A DNA stretch of 64,000 bases from NCBI GenBank assembly GCA_027717655.1, contig JALLOH010000002.1:3474-67473 (forward strand). Reading direction: 5' to 3'. The translations under genes and the position numbers were made by a program. The notes under the pieces were generated by a model that was not told the DNA's origin, ran no database searches, and saw nothing but the letters and a program-made list of their open reading frames with translations. Numbering within the stretch: position 1 is the first letter of the stretch; the number at the start of each line of letters is the position of its first letter. This DNA is from Acidobacteriia bacterium AH_259_A11_L15 (lineage in GTDB: Bacteria > Acidobacteriota > Terriglobia > Acidiferrales > 2-02-FULL-67-57). Below, in pieces: positions 19,432 to 28,457 of the stretch.

Positions 19432-20496
19432 CTAGCCGGCCGAGGCCGGGCTGGGTTGGGGAGAGGGAGTGGTGAGGGAAGCCAGTTGGCCGCAGGCGGC
19501 CGAAACGTCCTGGCCGCGGGAGCAGCGCAGGAAGGCCAAGAGACCGGCGCGGCGGAGAATTTTCTGGAAGGGCTCGAGGGCAGCGTCCGCCGGGGCGCGG
19601 TAGGGCAAGCCGGGGACGGGGTTCCAGGGGATTAGATTCACTTTGCAGCGCAGCCCGCGGGTGAGGCGGGCCAAGCGGCGAGCGTCTTCTGGGGTATCGT
19701 TGAAGCCGCCCAGCAGGACGTACTCGAAAGTCAACCGCTCCCGCGGCCGCAGGGGGTAGGCGCGGCAGGCGGCGAAGAGCTCTCCCAGCGGGTACTTGCG
19801 GTTGAGGGGCATGATGGCGGTGCGCTGCTCGTCGGTGGTGGCGTTCAGCGAGACGCCCAGCTTGGGGCGGCGGTCTTCCCGGGCCAGGCGGCGGATGCCG
19901 GGGATGATGCCCGAAGTGGAAAGCGTGATGCGCAGCAGGGGGATGTTCATCCCTTGGGGGTCGGCCAGCAGCCGCACGGCTTTCAAGGTGGGTTCGTAGT
20001 TCAGCAGCGGCTCCCCCTGGCCCATGAGCACCACGTTGGTGCGCGGCCGGCGCCGCTGGCGGTTGTCGGCCAAGACCGCCAGCACCTGGCCAACGATCTC
20101 TCCGGCCGACAGGTTCCGAACCAGCCCGAGCCGGGCGGTGGCGCAGAAGCGGCAGTCGACGGCGCAGCCAGCCTGGGTGGAGAGGCAGAGCGTTTGGCGG
20201 TTTTTCTCCGGCATCCAGACGGTCTCGATGGTCTTGCCGTCGCCAAGCTGCAGCAGGTAGCGGATGCTGCCGTCGGCCGAGGGGTAGCGGCGGGCGAGTT
20301 GCGGCCAAGTAGCGGCAGCGTCGCGCTCCAGGCGGGCCCGGAGGGCGCGGCTGAGGCTGGTCATACGACTGAACTCCCGGCGGCCCTCGGCGTAGAGGGC
20401 GTGGTAGAGCTGGCTGCCGCGGTAGGCCGGCTCGCCCCACTGCTGGGCCAGGCGGCGGAACTCTTCCAGCTCAAATCCCAACAGCTCGATGGGCAT
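19432..20496 (-). CDS. rlmN: 23S rRNA/tRNA (adenine-C2)-methyltransferase RlmN (radical SAM)
   Basis: YRGSQLYHALY, CLSTQAGCAVDCRFCATA, LMGQGEPL, and C-terminal CGQL typical of RlmN. ATG at 20496. Confidence 0.92.
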   Translation of the reverse strand: MPIELLGFELEEFRRLAQQWGEPAYRGSQLYHALYAEGRREFSRMTSLSRALRARLERDAAATWPQLARRYPSADGSIRYLLQLGDGKTIETVWMPEKNRQTLCLSTQAGCAVDCRFCATARLGLVRNLSAGEIVGQVLAVLADNRQRRRPRTNVVLMGQGEPLLNYEPTLKAVRLLADPQGMNIPLLRITLSTSGIIPGIRRLAREDRRPKLGVSLNATTDEQRTAIMPLNRKYPLGELFAACRAYPLRPRERLTFEYVLLGGFNDTPEDARRLARLTRGLRCKVNLIPWNPVPGLPYRAPADAALEPFQKILRRAGLLAFLRCSRGQDVSAACGQLASLTTPSPQPSPASAG

Positions 20497-20722
20497 GGCA
20501 GGCACGAGGCCGACCTCAGACGTCTTGATTCTATGCCACACGTGGGGGTTCGAGATAGGCCGGGGTGGCGTCATGTTGAAACTTGCTTTGGCGGTGATCC
20601 AGCAAGAGGCTAACGCTTGACCTCACCTGCCGCTATGCAGCGGAATAGCGGTCAGGTGCGGCGACTTGTAAGGCAGCCCTTTGGCACGTAGCCAGTACCG
20701 GTGTGAATTCGTCATGGACGAA

Positions 20723-21061
20723 TCAACCACGGAAAATACTCACGATGCTGAGTCCGATCAAGACGACCCCTGCCAGATCGAGGACAACGCCTACTAGATC
20801 GGCCTTGCGAACTGTAGCACTCATAAGGGCGGGGCCGCCGGTGTAAACATTGGGCGGCTTGATCCACGATACCTCCTTATGATTCTTCCACTCCCCCAGG
20901 CCAACAAGGAACACACCACCCGACAGGAGTTGCAGCTGATCGTTCGTCAATCCCTTGGCCTCCGCAAAAAACGATATGACCAATACTACGCCACCAAGGT
21001 ACATGACGGCCTTATACCAAGTGTCAATTGCAAAGCTCTTTAGGAAGTCCCCAACGTCCAT
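20723..21061 (-). CDS. hypothetical 3-TM membrane protein (112 aa), islet 1
   Basis: GGAGA RBS 8 nt upstream. Three hydrophobic helices. AT-richer than the backbone. No family recognised. Confidence 0.6.
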   Translation of the reverse strand: MDVGDFLKSFAIDTWYKAVMYLGGVVLVISFFAEAKGLTNDQLQLLSGGVFLVGLGEWKNHKEVSWIKPPNVYTGGPALMSATVRKADLVGVVLDLAGVVLIGLSIVSIFRG

Positions 21062-21163
21062 CGACCCATCTCCGAAAGCTGCCTAACGTTGCCTGCACCG
21101 GTCGGCCGTTTTTGGGCGGTCCGGTGCAAGGCGTTGGTCCGTGGGCTCGGCGCTCACGCTTGG

Positions 21164-21916
21164 CTATCGCGTACGCACGAGTGCCTTTTCAATTCGTTTC
21201 GCGATGCGTCGAGAAGCAGCCCGCTGCAGGTCGAGCCGGTATAGGGCGAAGTAATTATTAGCATGTTGAGCTGCTTCAGCCGACCTTTCGAGCTTGATGA
21301 GACACATCGTAAGCCGGTCAAGCGCTTCGATCTCGCCATTTCTTCCAAGTTCGTCAGCCTCCTCACCGAGTAGCTGGCCGACTAGCCCCTTTTCGTAGTT
21401 GATGAATGCGTATCCCGGAATTGCTTCAATGGCCTGGACATACATCTTTACCGCCTGCACCAGGTTGCGCTTTTCGATGGCCTTAGCTTGCTGGATCAGA
21501 GCGCGATTTGCATTCTGTAGCCTGTGGTAGTGCTCGAGCGCCTGAAAGTCGGTCGCCCGGCCCATGTTGACCCAGTTTACGAGGTCGTCCGAGCATTGAG
21601 CGATCCACGCTGCCTCAACCTCCTCCGCTTTCCCTGTCGATAGGTTGTCTTGGAGGATACGGACCTGATACTTGCCCCCCAGATGTTTCTCGACGAACCG
21701 ACGCCAAAGCGGGTGGCGATCCGCGGACCATGCCCGCCTTCTTTCTCCTTTCCCGACGTAGAAGATCTTCCCGGCGCTATCCATATGCGCATACACATAA
21801 CTCCTGCGCGGATTCTCCTGATTCGCATGCGCGGCGGGCTTGAGGGGCTTCGGGCCGTCGCCACCGTGCAGGGATAGTTCGACCCCTAGATTTGTCCCCC
21901 TAGCCGTGAACTTCAT
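21164..21916 (-). CDS. GIY-YIG nuclease-domain protein with C-terminal helical (TPR-like) repeats, islet 1
   Basis: YVYAHMDSAGKIFYVGKGERRRAW...AEEVEAAWI matches the GIY-x9-YIG..R..E layout. The C-terminal half is alpha-helical repeats (LVQAVKMYVQAIEAIPGYAFINYEKG...). Confidence 0.7.
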   Translation of the reverse strand: MKFTARGTNLGVELSLHGGDGPKPLKPAAHANQENPRRSYVYAHMDSAGKIFYVGKGERRRAWSADRHPLWRRFVEKHLGGKYQVRILQDNLSTGKAEEVEAAWIAQCSDDLVNWVNMGRATDFQALEHYHRLQNANRALIQQAKAIEKRNLVQAVKMYVQAIEAIPGYAFINYEKGLVGQLLGEEADELGRNGEIEALDRLTMCLIKLERSAEAAQHANNYFALYRLDLQRAASRRIAKRIEKALVRTR

Positions 21917-22269
21917 CTCTTATCTTCTGGTCTTGCATTTTGATCGAGTCGGTCGACAATCTTCTCAGCGAGCAAGTCAACGCCGACCTTGTTGACCCGG
22001 ACTGTGACCGTGCGCGTTGATGAGCGGAGAACGATCTGGACCGAAGAGAAGGCATTGCTGTCGTGATTAACCGTCGCCGATTCGAATGTGAGCTCCGTCA
22101 GTTCGCCTGTGGACCGGAAGTAGCTCTGATTTTTTCGGGCGCGATCGCTGCAGTGATAGTTGGGTTGCCAGTCGCCGCTGAGGATTTGTGCAGCAGCGGC
22201 GGCCGAGGCACCGAATTTGTCAAGGAACTCTTCCTCTTTGCTGTAAAGCCTCTTGAAGTACTCAGTCAT
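21913..22269 (-). CDS. hypothetical protein (118 aa), islet 1
   Basis: ATGA overlap with the GIY-YIG gene start, coding-like composition. No family recognised. Confidence 0.55.
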   Translation of the reverse strand: MTEYFKRLYSKEEEFLDKFGASAAAAAQILSGDWQPNYHCSDRARKNQSYFRSTGELTELTFESATVNHDSNAFSSVQIVLRSSTRTVTVRVNKVGVDLLAEKIVDRLDQNARPEDKR

Positions 22270-22301
22270 GTGATCGGGTCTCGACGCCGCCTAACTGCTG
22301 T

Positions 22302-22556
22302 TTAGGCTGACCTGGATAAAAGGGCTTCGTGTTGGCCGAAGACGAAACCGCCAACGCCTGGATTTCGGCTCCCCCAGGCAGGTGCCCTTCGACTAGGCTC
22401 CCTTCGGCTGCGCTCCCCTCGGCCATGCTCGGGGTCTTCGACAGGGCAGGCAGGACAAGCCTGGGGGCTCGGCGCATGGAAGTTATCTCGCCGAGCCTGG
22501 TGGCACCTGCCACCAGGCGGCTCAACCGGCAAGTTCTCGTCAAGCAGAATGCGCAC
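22302..22556 (-). pseudogene. truncated DUF5615 (PIN-like) toxin gene; only MRILLDENLPV is retained, then repeat-derived sequence
   Basis: The N-terminal 11 aa match the DUF5615 start (MRxLLDENLP). The sequence then runs into the REP hairpin (22491-22517) and a family-B repeat (22383-22462). Confidence 0.6.
22491..22517 (+). repeat. REP hairpin (family E) inside the decayed toxin gene
   Basis: CCGAGCCTGGTGGCACCTGCCACCAGG. Confidence 0.7.
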
Positions 22557-22761
22557 GGCTGAGAACGGAGTCGCGCGCCATTTCCAGAGCGGCTAAAGCC
22601 TGTTGGCGGTTGACCGAGGGAAACTGGCGGAGAAATTCGTCCAACGTCTCTCCCCCTTCGAGATAGTCGAAGAGTGACTGGACCGGAACGCGGGTGCCGA
22701 CAAAGACGGGTGTGCCCCCCAGAACCTGAGGATCGCTGTGAACAACGCCCTTGGGAATCAT
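22540..22761 (-). CDS. DUF433 domain protein (putative antitoxin)
   Basis: DPQVLGGTPVFVGTRVPVQSLFDYLEGGETLDEFLRQFPSV is the DUF433 signature. It overlaps the start of the DUF5615 remnant by 17 nt, as in intact pairs. Confidence 0.8.
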   Translation of the reverse strand: MIPKGVVHSDPQVLGGTPVFVGTRVPVQSLFDYLEGGETLDEFLRQFPSVNRQQALAALEMARDSVLSRAHSA

Positions 22762-22947
22762 AGCGTCTGCTCCCGCCCTCTCCCAGAACTATACACCCAA
22801 GCCCGGGTGTGTTCCCAAGACTTCTTCCATGACAACGCGGAATCAGAAGGGCCCGCATCGCGGGCCAGACAGGCAGGAATGCCTGTCCTACTAACTAATT
22901 TCCCGCTGGCGGGCGCGTGATAGACCCGGGGGTCGGGTGGCTTGGTC

Positions 22948-22976
22948 TTGACAAGGAAGTTTACTTCGCCTAATAT
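22948..22976 (+). promoter_or_regulatory. near-consensus sigma70-type promoter (TTGACA-17-TAATAT)
   Basis: TTGACA at 22948-22953, 17-nt spacer, TAATAT at 22971-22976. The nearest + strand gene start is 23420. Confidence 0.4.
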
Positions 22977-23419
22977 TCGCCCAGGGAAGGCAGGCTGAGC
23001 GACAAAGAAATTAGAGGCTGTTGCATCACCTCATGCCAGACCCCCCTCAGGGGCTAAAGCCCCTTGATTTTCTGGCGCTTTATGTCAGGCCTTCCCGCCA
23101 AAGACGCGGGATCTCCGCTTCGCTCCGAGAAGGCCTGACCCGCCTTGCGGAGGTTATGCAATAGAAACTAGTAATAAACTAGTTTCTTCGAATAAGTACC
23201 GTGCCTGCAATGAGTTAGGTCACGGGTTGGATGCATACCCCCCCTCCCCCCTAGGCTCGGCGGGGAAGATAAAATAAGATATTTATTTTCTGTAGGTTAG
23301 CAAAGAACATGGAAATTATGGGTTGCTTATGCTAAGAATTGATTGGGCCCGCGCGGGGACAGTTCGGAGCATCCCTCTCGAGGACGATTTTCCAGGTGAT
23401 GACAGGGGAAGCCAATAGC

Positions 23420-24676
23420 ATGCGCCGGGAGAGGTTGTCGAACGGGCTCACGGTGATCACCGAGCGGATGCCGCACGTGCGCTCGGTGGCCGTAGGCATT
23501 TGGGTGAAGAGCGGCTCGCGCATCGAGCCGCCCGGGCTGACCGGCATCTCCCACTTCATCGAGCACATGGTCTTCAAGGGCACCGAGCGGCGCACCGCGG
23601 AGCAGATCGCCCGCGAGGCCGACTCGGTGGGGGGGCAACTGGACGCCTTCACCGCCAAGGAGATGGTCTGCTTCAACGCCCGGGTGATCGACGAACACCT
23701 TCCCCGCATCTTCGACGTGCTCTCGGACCTGGTGCTGGCGCCCGTCTTCCGCACGCCCGACATCGAAAAAGAGCGCGCCGTCGTCCTGGAAGAAATCAAC
23801 ATGGAGGAGGACAACGCCGACTACCTGGTGCACGAAATCTTCTCGGAAAACTTCTGGTACGACCACCCCATCGGGCGGCCCATCCTGGGGACGAAGCAGA
23901 CCCTGGCCGGGTTCCACCGCGAGTTGCTGTTCGACTTCTTCCGCCGCTGGTACGTCCCCAACCAGATGCTCATCACCGCCGCCGGGCAGCTCGAACACGA
24001 GCGTTTCATCACCCTGCTGAGCGACCGTTTTCGAGGCTTGCCCGCGCACCAGGAGGGGATCCTCGACCCCGTACCCCAACCCCATGCCCGCATCAGCACT
24101 CGCAGCAAGCGCGACCTGGAGCAGATGCACCTCTGCGTCGGCGTGCCCTGCCATCCGCTGCCCCACCAGAAGCGCTACGCGGTCGTCCTGCTGAACAACA
24201 TCCTGGGCGGGGGAATGTCCTCGCGGCTCTTCCAGACCGTCCGCGAGCGCGAAGGCCTGGCCTACGCCGTCTTTTCCGACGTCAACGCCTACCGGGACAC
24301 CGGCTGCCTGTCAGTCTACGCCGGCACCGCCCGCGAGACCCTGCACCAAGCCCTCCGGCTCATCCTGGCCCAGTTCACGCGCCTGAAGCAGGAGCCGGTT
24401 CCCGCCGATGAGCTGCGCGCCGCCAAGGAGAACCTGAAAGGCAGCCTGATGCTCTCGCTGGAATCCACCGCAGCGCGGATGTCGCGGCTGGCTCGAGAGG
24501 AGATTTATTTTGGGCGGTCGTTTTCGCTGGATGAAATCCTGGCCGCCATCGAGGGCGTCACCCCGGAAGACCTGCTGGCGATAGCCCGGGAGTTCTTCCA
24601 GCCCCACTTGATGGGCGCCACGCTCCTGGGACCGCTGGACGGCTTTCAGCTCAGCCGCGACGACTTGGCCTGCTAG
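23420..24676 (+). CDS. M16 family zinc peptidase (pitrilysin/insulinase-like)
   Basis: GISHFIEHMVFKGT (HxxEH inverted zincin motif), two-domain M16 length. ATG at 23420. Confidence 0.9.
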   Translation: MRRERLSNGLTVITERMPHVRSVAVGIWVKSGSRIEPPGLTGISHFIEHMVFKGTERRTAEQIAREADSVGGQLDAFTAKEMVCFNARVIDEHLPRIFDVLSDLVLAPVFRTPDIEKERAVVLEEINMEEDNADYLVHEIFSENFWYDHPIGRPILGTKQTLAGFHRELLFDFFRRWYVPNQMLITAAGQLEHERFITLLSDRFRGLPAHQEGILDPVPQPHARISTRSKRDLEQMHLCVGVPCHPLPHQKRYAVVLLNNILGGGMSSRLFQTVREREGLAYAVFSDVNAYRDTGCLSVYAGTARETLHQALRLILAQFTRLKQEPVPADELRAAKENLKGSLMLSLESTAARMSRLAREEIYFGRSFSLDEILAAIEGVTPEDLLAIAREFFQPHLMGATLLGPLDGFQLSRDDLAC

Positions 24677-24678
24677 GA

Positions 24679-25020
24679 ATGAACCTGAATCGCAACCTGA
24701 GCTTCGCTGAGTTCTGGCCATACTACCTGGCCCAGCACAGCCGCCCGGCCACCCGTTGGGTGCACTTGGCCGCCACGCTGGCCTGGCTGGCGCTGCTGGC
24801 GGCCGCCCTGGGCACCCGCACCTGGTGGCTGCTGGCGGCCATCCCCGTGGTCGCCTATGGCCTGGCGTGGTTTTCCCACTTCTTCCTCGAGCGCAACCGC
24901 CCCGCCACCTTCCGCTACCCGCTCCTCTCCTTGCTGGCCGACCACAAGATGGCCTTCCTGATGCTGACCGGAGGTATGGCGCGGGAGTTGGAGCAACTGC
25001 AGATTCAACCCCGCCGCTAA
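24679..25020 (+). CDS. DUF962 (Mpo1-like) membrane protein
   Basis: FAEFWPYYLAQHSRPATRWVH...VVAYGLAWFSHFFLERNRPATF pattern. Confidence 0.75.
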   Translation: MNLNRNLSFAEFWPYYLAQHSRPATRWVHLAATLAWLALLAAALGTRTWWLLAAIPVVAYGLAWFSHFFLERNRPATFRYPLLSLLADHKMAFLMLTGGMARELEQLQIQPRR

Positions 25021-25040
25021 CACGTTGCCGCCACGAAGCT

Positions 25041-25113
25041 GTCATCCTGAGCGAAGCGAAGGATCTCAGTTGAGATTCTTCGCTCCGCCCTTCGGGCTTC
25101 GCTCAGAATGACA
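25041..25113. repeat. family-A palindromic repeat (complete inverted pair)
   Basis: GTCATCCTGAGCGAAGCGAAGGATCTCAGTTGAGATTCTTCGCTCCGCCCTTCGGGCTTCGCTCAGAATGAC. Confidence 0.8.
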
Positions 25114-25237
25114 ATTCTTGAAAGAAGAGCAGATGGACAGAGGGTGCAACGCCGACAAGCCATTCCTCTGCGCTGAAAAGCGGATTCCTCTCCCGCAGGG
25201 CGGGATCGGAATGACAAAAAAGAACTACGCTGCCGGG

Positions 25238-25642
25238 CTAGAGCTTAGCCGCGTGGCCGCCGGAGGAGAGCAGCACCCCCACGGCGTTGAGCAGCTGGTC
25301 GGGATTGAAGGGCTTGGTGACGTAGAGGATGCTGCCCAACTCATGGGCCTGCCGGTAGGAGTCAATGTCCTTCTGGGCGGTGAAGAACCCGATGGGAATC
25401 TCGGCCGTGCTCCCGGTGGCCTTCAGCTTCGAGCAAACCTCAAAGCCGTTCATCTTGGGCATGCGGATGTCCAGCAGAATGGCGTCCGGCTTTTCCATCA
25501 CCGCTTTTTGAAAGGCCTCTTCCCCGTCCGCGGCCTTGATCACCGTCAACCCGTGACGGCTCAACAGCATCTCCACTAGGCGAAGAATCGAGGGGTCGTC
25601 GTCGGCTACCAGGATCTTTTTCGCGGCGGCGGCTTGCCCCAT
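25238..25642 (-). CDS. stand-alone response regulator receiver protein
   Basis: KKILVADDDPSILRLV...DAILLDIRMPKMNGFEV...TKPF. ATG at 25642 with AAGGAG RBS. Confidence 0.9.
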   Translation of the reverse strand: MGQAAAAKKILVADDDPSILRLVEMLLSRHGLTVIKAADGEEAFQKAVMEKPDAILLDIRMPKMNGFEVCSKLKATGSTAEIPIGFFTAQKDIDSYRQAHELGSILYVTKPFNPDQLLNAVGVLLSSGGHAAKL

Positions 25643-25817
25643 CGCGGCTCCTTGTTCGCCTCTGCCGGCGGCCCGAGACGACCCCGGCGGCGTACCGTCC
25701 CTGCTGGCAGGCAATTGTTGAAAGGCAATGCGGGGATCGTTGCCGGCGATTTCAGCCCAGGCATCCTACGCCGCCCGCCCCCCGCGGTCAAGGGTACGGA
25801 CCAAAGAAGGGGGACCT

Positions 25818-28436
25818 CTAGCGGGCCCGGGCGACCACCAGAGTCACGTCATCTTCCTGCTCGCGGCCGCTGAACTCCTGCACAGTGCTGACCAGAGTGT
25901 GGAGCAAAGAATCCACGGGCAAGTGGCCGTGGGCGCGCAGGGCCTTGACGAATCGGGCGTCGCCGAACTCCTCCCCTTCGTCGCTCATCGCCTCCGTGAC
26001 CCCATCGGAAAAGATCACCAGCGTGTCGCCCGGAGCCAGCGACACTTCAGCGACGGAACACTCCCACTTCTCGAACATCCCCAGGACCGTAGCGGTGGCT
26101 GTCAGTCGTTCTACCGTTCCGTCGCCGCGCAGGAGCAGCGGCGGGTTGTGCCCGCAATTGGCGTAGCGTAGGCGGCGCGTGGCGTCGTCGTAGCTCCCGA
26201 AGAAAAGGGTGGCGTAGTGACCGGCTCCGGTGGACTCACATAACAGGCGGTTCACCGATGCGAGCAGCCGCGGCAGGTCGTCCGGAGCCACCGCGGACTG
26301 GCCGCGCAGATGGGCCTGCAAGTTGGCCATCAACAAGGCGGCGGAGATGCCTTTCCCCACAATGTCGGCCAGCACCAGCCCCACCTGGCCGCGCCCCAGG
26401 TCGAGAAAGTCGTAGTAGTCGCCACCCACCGCGCGGGTCTGGATGCAGTCGCCGACGTATTCCAGCGTCTCCAGCAACGGCGTGTGCCGGGGAAAGAGAT
26501 TGGCCTGCACCTCTTTGGCGATTTCCATCTCGCGGGCCGCGCGCCGTTCGGCCTCCAGCCGCTCGGCCATCTGCTCGGCTAGGCCGATGCTCTCGAGCGC
26601 GGTGCCAGCCTGGCTGGCAACGGAAGCCAGCAAGCGCTTGTCCTCACCCGCGTAGGGTTCTTCGGAGCGTCGCCGGCCCAGGACCAAGAGGCCTGTCAGC
26701 CGGGCGTCGCGCCCCAGGATCGGCACCAAGCACTCGGGCTCGAGCGGGCCTAGTAGCGAAAGTGCTTCGGCACCGCCGGCCTCCGGCGGTGGCACGTCCC
26801 AGGGTTGGCCGCGCGCTACCTCGGCCAGCACCGGCAGCGAGGTGGGAATGGTTTCCAGTCCAGGCGGCACCGCGCCGCCCTCAGCGGCGAGGCGGTCGTC
26901 GCTGCTCTCAAGATAAATAGTCAGGGTGGTTGGACGGAGAGCTTCAGTGATGTGGTGTTCCAGTAACGCGGCCAGCTGCTGCCGGTTGGTCGCCGTGCGG
27001 GTTTTCTCCGCCAGCTCTTCGAAAATCTGGCGGGCGTCGTAGGCGCTGCGGAAGAAGGCCCGGTCAATGCGTTCGCTGACCCGCCTTTGGACTTGTGCGC
27101 CGGCCCAGGCCAACAGCAAGCCGAAGGCCACCCCCGTACCCACGCCGGCGGGCACGACGAATTCCACCCGCGGCTGGACAAAACGCGCGAAGAGACCCAT
27201 GAAGAGAAGGGTCGCGGCCACGCTCGAGACAACTGTAAGAAGCGCAAAGCCGCGCTGCACCAGCAGGTAGCGGGCGCTCCTCTTCAGAAGCAGCGAGACT
27301 CCCAGTACGCGATGCTTCACCACCGCGTAGGCAAACGACAGCGGCAACAAGAAGAGGGCCAAGACGCAGGGGGCCCACACCCAAAAAGGAAATTCGTAAG
27401 GATTTTTCTTGGCGTAGGCTGCCGCCGCCTGTAGCAGCAAGGCCGGCGTGAAGCCGACTACAGTGCCCCAGACAATGACTCGGATCTTCCTCCGTGCCTC
27501 GGCGGTGGGGGCGCGGAGCCCGTTCCACACTAGCGACACCAGGCCCAGCACAAATGCGCCAAAGAAATAGGGTGACACGCACAAAAACGTTACTGTCTGA
27601 CCCAGCCGATCAGCAAACCCCAGTAGCGGCTGGGAACTGCCCGCCAGCAGCCCCCACAGCCCCAAGGGCACCACCACGGCGGCTGCGGCCACGAGCAAAA
27701 CCGACTTCAACCAGGGCAGGCGGCGATCTACCGGAGAGGCAACGGGAAAAACAGCAAAGAAGTAGTAGAAGAACGCCGCGTATAATCCCATGAACGTCAC
27801 CTTGTAAGCCAGCGCGAACCCGCGCAAGGCGGGATGGATGGCTCTTTCCATCTGCAGTAGCGGCGCGCCCGCAATGAAGCTGGCAAACAGCAGCGCCAGC
27901 AGCCAAGCGTTGCGGTCTTCCAGCCGCAGGAACAACACCCCTAAGCCCACCACCAGGAACAAGACGGGGTAGGAACGAAGAAGCTCGACGGCCACGGTCT
28001 GCGCCGGCGTCAGCTCCTCCTCCTCCTGTGCCGGCCGGGGTTGCAATACCGTCTGCAGGACTATCGGCGCTGCCGCCCCCGGTCGCTCTACAGTCAACTC
28101 AACCACATCCCCGGGCTGGCCTTGATACACCGCATCAGAGTAGGGATTGGGGGTGTCGAGCCGGCGACCGTTGATGGCCACAATCCTGTCCTCAGGCCGC
28201 AACCCCGCGCGCTCAGCCGCGCTGCCTTCCGGGACGCGGGTGACGCGCATCGAGCGCGTAAGCATCGAGAATGGGGCCTCGGTGCTGATGCCGATTTGGG
28301 CCTTGGACTCCCAACGAATGTAGTACATCCAGATAGCGCTGTAGAGGATGGTGGCGACGGCGAAGAGCGTCGCCAGCCCCAGCAACAACGGTCGCGGCAG
28401 TGAGGTGAAGCCTCGCATCGCGGTCGTAGGGCCCAT
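25818..28436 (-). CDS. membrane PDZ - polytopic TM - GAF-like - PP2C (SpoIIE-type) protein phosphatase
   Basis: N-terminal TM, PDZ (GSAAERAGLRPEDRIVAINGRRL), about 8 TM helices, GAF-like region, C-terminal PP2C (GGDYYDF...VLADIVGKGISAALLMA...IFSDGVTE...DDVTLVVAR). Confidence 0.85.
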   Translation of the reverse strand: MGPTTAMRGFTSLPRPLLLGLATLFAVATILYSAIWMYYIRWESKAQIGISTEAPFSMLTRSMRVTRVPEGSAAERAGLRPEDRIVAINGRRLDTPNPYSDAVYQGQPGDVVELTVERPGAAAPIVLQTVLQPRPAQEEEELTPAQTVAVELLRSYPVLFLVVGLGVLFLRLEDRNAWLLALLFASFIAGAPLLQMERAIHPALRGFALAYKVTFMGLYAAFFYYFFAVFPVASPVDRRLPWLKSVLLVAAAAVVVPLGLWGLLAGSSQPLLGFADRLGQTVTFLCVSPYFFGAFVLGLVSLVWNGLRAPTAEARRKIRVIVWGTVVGFTPALLLQAAAAYAKKNPYEFPFWVWAPCVLALFLLPLSFAYAVVKHRVLGVSLLLKRSARYLLVQRGFALLTVVSSVAATLLFMGLFARFVQPRVEFVVPAGVGTGVAFGLLLAWAGAQVQRRVSERIDRAFFRSAYDARQIFEELAEKTRTATNRQQLAALLEHHITEALRPTTLTIYLESSDDRLAAEGGAVPPGLETIPTSLPVLAEVARGQPWDVPPPEAGGAEALSLLGPLEPECLVPILGRDARLTGLLVLGRRRSEEPYAGEDKRLLASVASQAGTALESIGLAEQMAERLEAERRAAREMEIAKEVQANLFPRHTPLLETLEYVGDCIQTRAVGGDYYDFLDLGRGQVGLVLADIVGKGISAALLMANLQAHLRGQSAVAPDDLPRLLASVNRLLCESTGAGHYATLFFGSYDDATRRLRYANCGHNPPLLLRGDGTVERLTATATVLGMFEKWECSVAEVSLAPGDTLVIFSDGVTEAMSDEGEEFGDARFVKALRAHGHLPVDSLLHTLVSTVQEFSGREQEDDVTLVVARAR

Positions 28437-28457
28437 TATACGCGCCCTGATGGGCGC

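Noticed and set aside
20624-20658. Strong hairpin (CACCTGCCGCTAT-GCAGCGGA-ATAGCGGTCAGGTG) at the islet-1 edge as a rho-independent terminator or att site.
   Set aside because: There is no U-tract on either strand, and no second copy at the other islet border was seen. It is kept only as a boundary landmark in the islet finding.
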